64,000 bases of DNA, taken from positions 20,698 through 84,697 of IMG/VR virus record IMGVR_UViG_3300025913_000026. One strand, 5' to 3'. Under the pieces are notes generated by a model that was not told where the DNA came from, did no database searches, and saw only the letters and a program-made list of their open reading frames with translations. Source of the stretch: a virus. A program made the translations under genes and the position numbers. This document shows, piece after piece, positions 51,184-59,441 of the stretch. Position 1 is the stretch's first letter. Each line of letters starts with the position of its first letter.

Positions 51184-52341
51184 CTACGCATATTTCCATT
51201 CATAGCCTCCACAACTGCTCCTAAGACCAGTTACCACTCTTCTAATTCCTACAGGATGTAAGTTAGTAGCCTTTGCGGCAGCGGATATAGAAGGATATGT
51301 GGCTATAACTTCTCCATTTTTTATTTGAGATATTGCTACCTTCTTGCCTTTCGTTCCCTCATATTTTATATTGGGTGTTGGAATAGTAATTTCTATTTTA
51401 GGATCAGGACTTAATATCAACTCCTTATATCTTAATCTTCCAGGAGCTTTCTTTAAAGCCCATATAAACCGTTCTGCATCTTTCATTTTTCTAAGGTTAT
51501 ACCTAAATGCTATTTCCTCACAATACCGGGTTAAATGCTTTACAGTTATTTTATGGTAGGTGCCTATAATGGTTCTTTTTAAATGGCTAAAGGCTCCCTC
51601 TATTGTGTTGGTATAGATAACCTGATCTCTTACATATTCATCTAATCCATGATTAACAGTTTCATGGCCTGCATATTCCCTCTTCAAACCTATATAATTA
51701 CATGATTCATCAGTCATTAGTACTGCATCTGTATCCACATTACGCTGAATTAATTGATGAATTAAAGGAGGGGCAACCCCGAAAGTACCAGTTGAAATTA
51801 GCTTTAATTCGCCGCCTCTTTCAACCATCCCCATTACCATAGTTTTGGTTTGATGGACGGTATTAGAATCTCGAAGTTCCTTTCTTTTCTGTTTATTCAT
51901 ATTAGGGACGCGACCACCGATATAAATCTCATCAATTTCTACAATGTTATCCAGCTTTACAGGCTCTTTAGGACGCATTATTTCCCGAATCCTATGAAGC
52001 ATAAACCAGGAGCATTTTTGAGAAACCCCTATATGCTTGGCTAATTGATAGGAAGAAATGCCCTTTTTGTTAGCTGTAGCTAGATACATGGCTATAAACC
52101 ACTTATTTAGAGGAATATTGCTGGCCTCAAATATAGTCCCAACCTTAACGGAGAACTTCTTAAAGCATTCTTTTTTACCGCATTTATATCTAGTTCCCTT
52201 TTCTATTACATAGCATTTATCATGGTCGCAATAAGGGCACACAACCTTACCATCAGGCCAACGCTGTTTTGCCAAATAGTTTCGGCAATCCTGTTCGTTT
52301 GATAGTTTTTGTATTAATTCCTGAAGATTTTTAAATTCCAT
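51184..52341 (-). CDS. IS1595-family (ISXO2-like) DDE transposase with C-terminal NUMOD1-like HTH
   Basis: RWP..CPYC Zn ribbon, VEIDEIYIGG, TDE..Y, VNH..YV..TNTIEG, HL.RY..E..FRYN; tail YPSISAAAK..GGYEWKY. Confidence 0.9.
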   Translation of the reverse strand: MEFKNLQELIQKLSNEQDCRNYLAKQRWPDGKVVCPYCDHDKCYVIEKGTRYKCGKKECFKKFSVKVGTIFEASNIPLNKWFIAMYLATANKKGISSYQLAKHIGVSQKCSWFMLHRIREIMRPKEPVKLDNIVEIDEIYIGGRVPNMNKQKRKELRDSNTVHQTKTMVMGMVERGGELKLISTGTFGVAPPLIHQLIQRNVDTDAVLMTDESCNYIGLKREYAGHETVNHGLDEYVRDQVIYTNTIEGAFSHLKRTIIGTYHKITVKHLTRYCEEIAFRYNLRKMKDAERFIWALKKAPGRLRYKELILSPDPKIEITIPTPNIKYEGTKGKKVAISQIKNGEVIATYPSISAAAKATNLHPVGIRRVVTGLRSSCGGYEWKYA

Positions 52342-52509
52342 AAAAAAGAACTAGGAAAGGAGGCGTTTTATTGGGAGAAAAGGGGCTTTTTGATTATCTT
52401 CACATAGATAATATCTATTTGTTTTTATTTATAATAAATGTGTTTAATGTTATGTTAAACAAGCTTGCAATAAGGTTCTTGGTGGTATAATTTTTTCTAC
52501 TACTATTTC

Positions 52510-52740
52510 ATGGCACAATCACAGGAATATTTAAAGCGAGAATTTATTCATCACATAAGCAGTGCATTGGCGCTTCTTGGTGCTTCAGAGGAGTTTGTAA
52601 AAAAAATAAGGGAGGTTGAAGAATTACCCCTAACCTCCCAAATAATTGAAGAAATTAAAAATTTCAATGTTCAAGAAATAGATAAGGTAAAGACTCGCTT
52701 AGACCTTATCTACACATCTGAAATTACTCCAAAAGGCTAG
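52510..52740 (+). CDS. Transposon passenger, hypothetical
   Basis: 76 aa ORF within TIRs. Confidence 0.5.
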   Translation: MAQSQEYLKREFIHHISSALALLGASEEFVKKIREVEELPLTSQIIEEIKNFNVQEIDKVKTRLDLIYTSEITPKG

Positions 52741-53027
52741 TGTTTATCACATGTAATTGCCCTATTCGCAGAAACTAAATTAACAGCATCAGATATCGCC
52801 AAAGAATTTGTTTGTTGATTGTGTTTGGCACATAGCGGAACTATATACCAACTTCTATCAAAAATATCATCTCTTTGTACATGAGCACCTAATACTTCTT
52901 TTTCTCGACAACCTACTTCTACACAATAATTCACTGTCTGACCGCTAAATCTCTTCCAATGGTCTAACCAAGAACCACATTTACATTTTAAACCAGAAGT
53001 TCCATTTACGTTTTTAACAATAGCCAT
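52737..53027 (-). CDS. Transposon passenger, small HNH-like Zn protein
   Basis: CKCGSWLDHW..C...GC..GAHV..YIVPLCAKHN. Confidence 0.6.
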   Translation of the reverse strand: MAIVKNVNGTSGLKCKCGSWLDHWKRFSGQTVNYCVEVGCREKEVLGAHVQRDDIFDRSWYIVPLCAKHNQQTNSLAISDAVNLVSANRAITCDKH

Positions 53028-53174
53028 TTTCTTGACTTTTTAAATAATGATATAATACCAGCCATCAGCGTATAACTGGCGAATGATTAAAAAGCCTATA
53101 AAAAGAGTGGAAATTATTGTGGGTGCGAGAATCCGGGCGTATCTTGTGGCCCTATCTGAAAATTAATTTCCTCG

Positions 53175-53214
53175 TAGGGCTACTGACCACTAATCGGTAG
53201 CCCTACATCTTTTT
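53175..53214 (+). terminator. Intrinsic terminator
   Basis: GTAGGGCTACTGA..TCGGTAGCCCTAC followed by T-run. Confidence 0.65.
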
Positions 53215-53355
53215 AAGGACTGGCAAAAATATCTAAAATTTGTAAATACTAACATAGGTTAGTTAAAAATATCAAATAAACCTATTCTTATTTGCATATA
53301 TCGGTGCTTCTTCTAATATTTGGCCCGATATAAAATAATTGCGTTAGCTCTCCCA

Positions 53356-53496
53356 GCTTTCCAAAACGACCAAATTTTAAAAGTATACGGGGGCAAGCGA
53401 AGCGTCACGCCTATGGCGTGGGCTTACGTCTGCACGTATACAAGGCGCTTGGTCGTGCCTGGAAAGCGGTGGATGCTATAGTCCCACGCTTTTTTT
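53356..53496 (+). ncRNA. Structured RNA/leader with alternative pairings
   Basis: Nested stems GCTTTCCA/TGGAAAGC, ACGACCA/TGGTCGT, GTATACG/CGTATAC, CACGCC/GGCGTG; alternative GCGTGGG/CCCACGC before T7. Confidence 0.6.
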
Positions 53497-53540
53497 ATTC
53501 CTACAATTGCCCTAGGGATTTAGGCACCTAAAATTTCTTC

Positions 53541-53927
53541 ATGAAAAAGATTGCTTTTGCTGTGATAGGTTGTATTGGCCTATCGTCCTGCGCTGTTATG
53601 TTTCAAGGCTCAAAGAAAGATGTAACAATTAAATCAATGACTCCAAACGCCACTATCCATGTAGATGGAGAAGAAGTAGGCAAAGATGCTGTAACCGTTC
53701 GGTTAGAAAGAAAATCAAACCACACTGTAGTAGTAAAAAAAGATGAATGCGAAAGCAAAACAGTGGAGATCAAAAAGCACACGCAAGTAGGTTGGGTTAT
53801 TTTTGATGCACTATTCAACTGGTTGGCATTCGCTACTGACGCCCCAACAGGAGCTTGGAATACTTTCGACAAAGATCATGTTACCGTAGATCTGGAATGC
53901 AAAAAGACTCCAGAAAGCACACACTAA
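53541..53927 (+). CDS. Passenger PEGA-domain lipoprotein
   Basis: Lipobox LSSC; S.TPNATIHVDG; LAFATDAPTGAW. Confidence 0.75.
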   Translation: MKKIAFAVIGCIGLSSCAVMFQGSKKDVTIKSMTPNATIHVDGEEVGKDAVTVRLERKSNHTVVVKKDECESKTVEIKKHTQVGWVIFDALFNWLAFATDAPTGAWNTFDKDHVTVDLECKKTPESTH

Positions 53928-53967
53928 TCAAATAAGGCGCATGAGATTCCCATTTAAAGCATAGGCT

Positions 53968-54387
53968 ATGAATTCAAAATATTTAATCATATTCTTTCTA
54001 CTTATAGTTACAAATTATCTGTCGCTTGCCCAAGATGGGCAGGCTATAAAAATAAGGGCATTTGAAGCCGCATGTTGTTTGGAGGGGCAAAACTGTGATA
54101 AGGTAGAATGGCATAGAACAAACATATTAATAGTTATAACTTATTCTAATGAAAAAATAAAGATATATTCTGAAGGTATACAAGATTTTGATATACTTAA
54201 AGACTATGATAAAACAACCGATAATGATGGAGACTCTTGGTATCGTTATGAGGTAGTGGATCAGGATGGGAAAAAATGTGATATTTATCTCTATATGTAC
54301 AAAAAGTTCAACCCAGATTATAGAGGTGGTGTTTTAGTCAAATACAAGGATCATACATTTATGTATAAATATAAAATCATAGAATAA
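53968..54387 (+). CDS. Passenger secreted protein
   Basis: Signal peptide ending SLA-Q. Confidence 0.65.
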   Translation: MNSKYLIIFFLLIVTNYLSLAQDGQAIKIRAFEAACCLEGQNCDKVEWHRTNILIVITYSNEKIKIYSEGIQDFDILKDYDKTTDNDGDSWYRYEVVDQDGKKCDIYLYMYKKFNPDYRGGVLVKYKDHTFMYKYKIIE

Positions 54388-54419
54388 AAAAAGAAGCATT
54401 TTTACATGCTTCTTTTTTT
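54386..54419. terminator. Bidirectional terminator inside right TIR
   Basis: AAAAAAAGAAGCAT..ATGCTTCTTTTTTT. Confidence 0.7.
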
Positions 54420-54510
54420 ATTAAACCTCTTGTCCCTAAATGGTAGTTATTACCGAATTTTCTGATCTACGCCCATTAAAAAATACATGTGCTACTATTT
54501 AATAGGTTTA

Positions 54511-54792
54511 TTAAAATATTACTGGATTGTATTCAACTTTAAAGCAGGATAATATAACATACAATTCAGCTAGTTTAGTTATATCGAGTAAATTATTATT
54601 AGTCCCCGATCCATTATTATTTCGCATATACCATTTGAATGGAGCATTTTCTACATTATATAGAAATTCACCATTAAAAAATGGGATTGAATACCATACC
54701 CTTGATCCTTCATAACGCTCAGGTGGTGCATAATGTCCTTTAAAACCAATAGCCTCCAATTCATGTTGACTCAATTCTAACTGATTACTCAT
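54511..54792 (-). CDS. Hypothetical protein
   Basis: ORF in operon. Confidence 0.55.
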   Translation of the reverse strand: MSNQLELSQHELEAIGFKGHYAPPERYEGSRVWYSIPFFNGEFLYNVENAPFKWYMRNNNGSGTNNNLLDITKLAELYVILSCFKVEYNPVIF

Positions 54793-55231
54793 TGATAGGT
54801 TCTTTAATTGTTAGTTCTTCGCCACTAAGGCAGTAGAAAAGGTTTTGAAGAGAATGTATATGTTCTGGTTTATTCCAGAAATCATTTTGGAAGTGGTTGT
54901 TATTATCAAATACAGATAGATACCATTGCTTATCACCATGATCTTTGTCGTAATATAAAGACGTATTATTAGCTACCTGGATTGACCAAATTACACGTTC
55001 TTCAATATCACTACTTTCTTCCTTTATAAACCCTAATCTTTCCAACCATTCATCTGATAGTTCTATAGGCATTAAATCTTTATACATGACATATTCATCA
55101 TATTTTGCTGTCAAAGGCATAGCGCAAACGCAAGATGTTTTTATTTCAGTTATAGCTGCCACAGGAAATTTACTTTCATGGGCTAATACTACTAGATTGC
55201 CTATTCTGAGTTCCGATTTATTTATTGACAT
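54785..55231 (-). CDS. Conserved Bacteroidota phage protein
   Basis: ELRIGNLV..PIELSDEWLERLGF..HSLQNLFYCL.GEEL. Confidence 0.7.
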   Translation of the reverse strand: MSINKSELRIGNLVVLAHESKFPVAAITEIKTSCVCAMPLTAKYDEYVMYKDLMPIELSDEWLERLGFIKEESSDIEERVIWSIQVANNTSLYYDKDHGDKQWYLSVFDNNNHFQNDFWNKPEHIHSLQNLFYCLSGEELTIKEPINE

Positions 55232-55442
55232 TTTTAATTTTTTCGGTTATTTTTTCTTTGTACGTTTTAAAAAAATTAATCACAAACAAAACAAGGATCG
55301 GCCCGAATAAACTAAGTAATAAAGGCAGTTTATACCACATGGGCATTATCCAATTACCACCATGTTTTATACCGCCCCATGTTATCCAAAAAGCAAAGAA
55401 TGGCCAGCAAAGAATGGCAGTTATTCTAAATAAAAGATTCAT
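55218..55442 (-). CDS. Small membrane protein
   Basis: Two hydrophobic helices. Confidence 0.5.
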   Translation of the reverse strand: MNLLFRITAILCWPFFAFWITWGGIKHGGNWIMPMWYKLPLLLSLFGPILVLFVINFFKTYKEKITEKIKNVNK

Positions 55443-55463
55443 TATTAATAGGTATTTATATAG

Positions 55464-55655
55464 TTAATAATATTCTGTCCAACATTCAAGGCAATCAGTA
55501 CAATTAAAAAGAAATGATTGAACTCCGCTTGGGCTTACAGATTCATGAAGAATATAACATTCTCCATTGCATTTTGGGCATTCAATGATTTCTTTCGCCT
55601 CTCGAATCTTCCCTTTGGCATCAACATGGGTTTGAAATACTATCTTTTCATCCAT
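55464..55655 (-). CDS. Small Zn-ribbon protein
   Basis: CPKC...CTDC. Confidence 0.55.
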   Translation of the reverse strand: MDEKIVFQTHVDAKGKIREAKEIIECPKCNGECYILHESVSPSGVQSFLFNCTDCLECWTEYY

Positions 55656-55758
55656 TAATAGCTATTTTTCAGTTGCAATTTGAAATATTAATGATTTGAT
55701 GGTTGGGAATAGTTTGTCAAGATTACTTTTTTCTGAATTTCTGTCATTTTAGTTGTTT

Positions 55759-56010
55759 TTATGGTGAGTTATACTTTCTGTATTCCTTTTTACCTTTTTG
55801 GGTGGCCCAATAGCGCAAATCATTATTCTTATCGCTTCTGCATGAAACATACCGTTTATTTTCTGCTTCTGTTAGAATGCGATCTACACTGAACACGGCC
55901 ATGCTATTTAACCAGCAATCTGGCATTGATTGAAGTTCTTTTGAGGTCTTTCCAGGGAAGCCAGAAACGGTAGCGGTTATCATAAGTGCATATTCATGCA
56001 TCTGGGTCAT
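55759..56010 (-). CDS. Hypothetical protein (winged-helix-like)
   Basis: RYWATQKG motif. Confidence 0.45.
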   Translation of the reverse strand: MTQMHEYALMITATVSGFPGKTSKELQSMPDCWLNSMAVFSVDRILTEAENKRYVSCRSDKNNDLRYWATQKGKKEYRKYNSP

Positions 56011-56396
56011 ATACCATATTTTTGACGTTCTTGCCTAATCCATTCGCTCCGATCCAGACCAGTTAGATCAGGAGGGCATAATAGCTTCAATTCTTCCAGA
56101 TTTTTTGGTTTTAAGATATTTACCGGCAGAGCAGACTTCGGCTCCTCTTTGGGCTTTAAAACAGGCACAGGTTCGAATTTAGCTCCATAAACCTCTTGAA
56201 GTTTAATGGCCCATTTTTTAGGTAGCTTTCTTTTGCCCGATATCGCTTTTTGTAAAGTTGTTTTTGGCATGCCAAGATCGGCCTCAATTTGATAAACAGG
56301 TGTTATTACCCGATTAAGAAGTGCAATGATTTCGCTTCTATCCATGTAGACAAATTTAGACAACAATAGATACCCATCCAAATTTATTTTAGACAT
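56007..56396 (-). CDS. XRE-like HTH protein
   Basis: QIEADLGMPKTTLQKAISGKRKLP. Confidence 0.6.
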   Translation of the reverse strand: MSKINLDGYLLLSKFVYMDRSEIIALLNRVITPVYQIEADLGMPKTTLQKAISGKRKLPKKWAIKLQEVYGAKFEPVPVLKPKEEPKSALPVNILKPKNLEELKLLCPPDLTGLDRSEWIRQERQKYGI

Positions 56397-56411
56397 ATTT
56401 GTACGTATTTA

Positions 56412-56765
56412 GACGCGCCCCACCCCCCCCCACAAGTTATCACCTCTTCCAAATAAATCTATCTCCCAATCCCCCCCATCCCCCAATCCAACCCACCACA
56501 CTCTAACCACAAAGCAATCTAACCTAAACGCCAATTAGTCAAAGCCATAGACCATCACAACCACAACAGCGCAGATTACATAACTACCTGGAAAGCAAAA
56601 TGGGAAACGCCGCCCACCCCATTACAGATAAACGTTTGCCCATTGACCGACCATCGATCTAAACGTAGGGGGTGTACTCAGTGAGTGTAAATCGAGGGGT
56701 ACCCAGTTTTATTAGCGAGGGTGGGGTGGTTTACGGGAAAGTACCTAGATTTGTGGGTACTTGGT
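56412..56765. other. Non-coding C-rich to G-rich switch region (candidate origin or packaging site)
   Basis: C-runs 56418-56620, then G-runs 56668-56757, near the switch from minus- to plus-strand genes. Confidence 0.4.
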
Positions 56766-56768
56766 ATT

Positions 56769-57612
56769 CAATGTCGTTGAATTAAGAATAAATAATATAT
56801 TATGAGTAATAAAGAAGAGCATTCACAACAATATGAAAGATTACCAGAAGATGATAAAACAGTGGCCGATACAATATTGGGATATTTGAATGGTTGTAAT
56901 AATAAAAAAGCAGAGCGTATATTGTATGCTCTGCTTGAAGAAATTAGTTATCATTCTACTATTCACAGTGAGTGAAAATCTGTATTTTCTTTAACAGCTT
57001 TTTTCAAATCTCTTATTTCTTCTTTTAAATCTTTAATCTCTCTTTTTAATTGATTAAGGCTATCCATTAACTCGTAAATAATTCTATCATCAATATTTGA
57101 CATAGACAAAGTTTTTGTTTTGTTATAATTGTTTATAATTCATGGATGGCGGCTTTTTAGGGCTTTTCTTTCTAGCTTCTTTTCTTCCTGGTCTTACTAT
57201 TTCTACTGTTGCTCTTGCTATTTTATCAAAAGCATCTATGGCTGAAGAAATGGCTTTATGGATAAACATTTTTGGCGCAGATTCCTTTACCATTGACAGG
57301 GCATTTGTTCTGTTTACCTTGTAATTGTGCTTAGTGGTCTTTTCTGCCTCCTGTTCTTTTCTTAGTTGTTCATCTATTGGAAATGCTAAAACAGCAGTAG
57401 TGGTCATAATGAATACCTTTGCATAGAAATCCTGTTTTACAGCCAGTGAAGTTTTTCCAGACCATGCTTCTAGTTGTAGGCGGCATTTATATAGCTTATA
57501 TGCTTCTTCTATATTCCAACGCTTTTCGTATAAGGACACGAACTCATTATATGAAACTTGCTTTTGATCCATTAAGGAGGTTATCAGAATTTCAATACCT
57601 CCACCGTTATCA
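56769..57612 (-). mobile_element. IS4-family remnant (5'-truncated transposase with one IR-like end)
   Basis: ORF 57123-57572 has LYEKRWNIEEAYKLYK..QDFYAK..VRPGR; frame extends only a short way upstream; CAATGTCGTTGAATTAAG at 56769 resembles an IS4 end; no partner IR seen. Confidence 0.65.
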
Positions 57613-57642
57613 AAAAATATCGAATAACTGAAATTAGAATAG

Positions 57643-58092
57643 TTGGGTTATATTTATGGCCTTAATGCAGGAACCGGCAAAGCGGTTTATTCAATTCGTA
57701 TGTTTACTTCATTTCTTTTTAACAAGCTATCTCATCTACGCCAATTTTATTCAACCGAAACAGAATTTACACAGCACTTATTGAGCGGGGAGGTTAAGGT
57801 TTCTATCCCAGATTTAATTACATTCCAGGAAGAATACGAAAAACAAAAACCAATCAGTAATTCATCCGGATGTATTTTGCCTTCTCAGTTTCAAATAGGA
57901 GATAAGGCATCATTGAAATTGACTGGATTATCTTCAAAAGGTGATGGGTCGTTAGCTACCGTAGATTGTATAGCCGAAATATTAACGGTTCATTTCTATG
58001 AAGGAAAAGTGAAATATGATTTAGAACTCCCATTAGACTTTGGGAACACTAGAGTTTATAATATTGATTCTGTTTTTGTTTCGCCTGTATAG
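57643..58092 (+). CDS. Hypothetical protein (start uncertain)
   Basis: LPSQFQIGD..VHF..GKVKYDL..RVYNIDS; terminator follows. Confidence 0.55.
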   Translation: MGYIYGLNAGTGKAVYSIRMFTSFLFNKLSHLRQFYSTETEFTQHLLSGEVKVSIPDLITFQEEYEKQKPISNSSGCILPSQFQIGDKASLKLTGLSSKGDGSLATVDCIAEILTVHFYEGKVKYDLELPLDFGNTRVYNIDSVFVSPV

Positions 58093-58113
58093 TTTTTGCC
58101 TTCATTTATTCCT

Positions 58114-58147
58114 AAGCCCAGATTCTTAATTGAATCTTGGGCTTTTT
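58114..58147 (+). terminator. Intrinsic terminator
   Basis: AAGCCCAGATTC..GAATCTTGGGCTTTTT. Confidence 0.65.
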
Positions 58148-58201
58148 GATTTTTATTTCAAAAATATTTGGCAGTGTAATAAAAAGTAGTAATTTAGCTA
58201 C

Positions 58202-58396
58202 ATGAAAGGAAGCGATGAAATAATGGAAACATCTCCTGTGAGAATAGATAACGGAGTATTAGATATAGTTAGGAATATTAAGGCAATTACTGGATGCCCA
58301 ATTCAGCGTTTCGTTGAAGAGGCTATTGCTCTAAAGATTAGTAAGCTGCCTAAAAGCGTAAAAGATAAACTGGGACTTAAAGAAAAAACTAAATAA
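58202..58396 (+). CDS. Ribbon-helix-helix-like protein
   Basis: PVRID..VL..V..I...TG..IQRFVEEAI; TTTG..TAATTTAG promoter-like sequence upstream. Confidence 0.55.
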   Translation: MKGSDEIMETSPVRIDNGVLDIVRNIKAITGCPIQRFVEEAIALKISKLPKSVKDKLGLKEKTK

Positions 58397-58474
58397 TTAG
58401 CTATGCCACCTACATCTAGGATTAGTGTTGCAAAAAAGGGTGCTATCTGAAACTAGTAATCAGATCATAGCTAA
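58397..58474 (+). ncRNA. Structured RNA unit 1
   Basis: Closing stem TTAGCTATG/CATAGCTAA, inner ATCTGA/TCAGAT. Confidence 0.45.
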
Positions 58475-58489
58475 GTTCTTTGAATTTTA

Positions 58490-58586
58490 TTTATTGGTTG
58501 CTAAAAGCCGCGGGATTCCTAACGGAATTATTGTCTAACATTCGACCAGCTAAGGATGGCGGTTTAATAGTGGTGTAACCAATAAA
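58490..58586 (+). ncRNA. Structured RNA unit 2
   Basis: Closing stem TTTATTGGTTGC/GTAACCAATAAA, inner AAGCCGC/GCGGTTT and ATTCC/GGAAT. Confidence 0.5.
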
Positions 58587-58592
58587 CTTCTT

Positions 58593-58786
58593 TCTACTGT
58601 GTGATGTGGCTGGAATAACGCTGATGCAGATAAGTTCCGATAGGCAGCACTCGGGTAGTGGTAACATTATCGACTACATCTTCGGAGATATGCAAGGGTG
58701 CATAGTGGATTTAAAATCCATGAAATAGGCGGCCCTCTGTCAACTGGAACATAAGCAGGTAACCAATCCTGCCATCATATAGTAGA
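58593..58786 (+). ncRNA. Expanded tRNA-Leu(UAA)-like RNA (about 190 nt)
   Basis: 14-bp closing stem, D-like GCTG/CAGC, GTGGA-TTTAAAA-TCCAT arm, T-like GCAGG-TAACCAAT-CCTGC, plus inserted hairpins. Confidence 0.55.
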
Positions 58787-58919
58787 TACTTACTTAAGGT
58801 CGGGCAAATGGAATCCGGCGGTACACGTCCCATCATAAGACCCGATCATTTTTTTAACAGGATACAGCAAGAACTCAAAAGGCCACATCTATTCTATTCA
58901 TGGTTAAGATGTGGCACAT

Positions 58920-58992
58920 AGCTACATAGACCAACGGTAGAGTCAACAGACTTAAAATCTGTACAGTCCGGGTTCAAATCCCGGTGTAGCTA
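58920..58992 (+). tRNA. tRNA-Leu(TAA), short variable loop, CCA not encoded
   Basis: AGCTACA/TGTAGCT acceptor, ACAGA-CTTAAAA-TCTGT anticodon arm, CCGGG-TTCAAAT-CCCGG T arm. Confidence 0.9.
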
Positions 58993-59030
58993 CAGGATAA
59001 GGTTTAATGGTTAATGGTATTTGATAATAC

Positions 59031-59059
59031 GGGGCCAATTTCTACTGGCCCCTTCTTTT
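59031..59059 (+). terminator. Hairpin after tRNA
   Basis: GGGGCCA..TGGCCCC followed by TTCTTTT. Confidence 0.5.
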
Positions 59060-59071
59060 AAACTCCCACAA

Positions 59072-59428
59072 ATGAAAACAGTATATAACAACCCAGAAAC
59101 AGTAGATGCAATTAAATTAATGGTATTAGGTTGTATGCTGGCCGATTACGGTGCTAGGTTAATAGTTGATGATACCAAGCAAAATCTTAAATACCGTGTG
59201 AAGTGTGTGCTGAACGCAGTTAAAAATGTAGAATTGTATTTCATAAACCACAATAACACAACCGAAGAACATCGTAAGGCATTCAAACGCAGCTTTCTTA
59301 AAAACGAAACAGTACTGCTTGCTGATCTTAATTTAATGTGCTGGGAAATACAGGATGAAGGATTGGAACAAATAATAAGTGCAATCAGGCAAGTACTGGA
59401 TACGCCAGAAGAAATTAATAACCAATAA
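59072..59428 (+). CDS. Hypothetical protein (start revised to ATG 59072)
   Basis: ATG just after the hairpin. Confidence 0.55.
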   Translation: MKTVYNNPETVDAIKLMVLGCMLADYGARLIVDDTKQNLKYRVKCVLNAVKNVELYFINHNNTTEEHRKAFKRSFLKNETVLLADLNLMCWEIQDEGLEQIISAIRQVLDTPEEINNQ

Positions 59429-59441
59429 ATACAAATCAATT

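Larger units (their letters stand above)
50984..54454 (-). mobile_element. Complete IS1595-family transposon with passenger genes
   Basis: 25-bp perfect TIRs GGTAATAACTACCATTTAGGGACAA (50984-51008 and 54430-54454); 8-bp TSD GAATTTTC (50976-50983 and 54455-54462). Confidence 0.92.
50737..54488 (-). pseudogene. Small gene interrupted by the IS1595 element
   Basis: Removing the element and one TSD restores MYFLMGVDQKIQFDFIWDLNTHCYLKDQAG...ELINESQ*, whose stop overlaps the next ATG. Confidence 0.75.

Noticed and set aside
56627-56640. GATAAACGTTTGCC as a fifth operator copy
   Set aside because: Shares only the AACGTT core and lacks the GCTAY/AGC arms
59031-59059. AATTTCTAC in a hairpin loop resembling a Cas12a repeat start (similar loop at about 49680)
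   Set aside because: Lacks the GTAGAT stem partner and there is no array; better explained as a terminator-type hairpin
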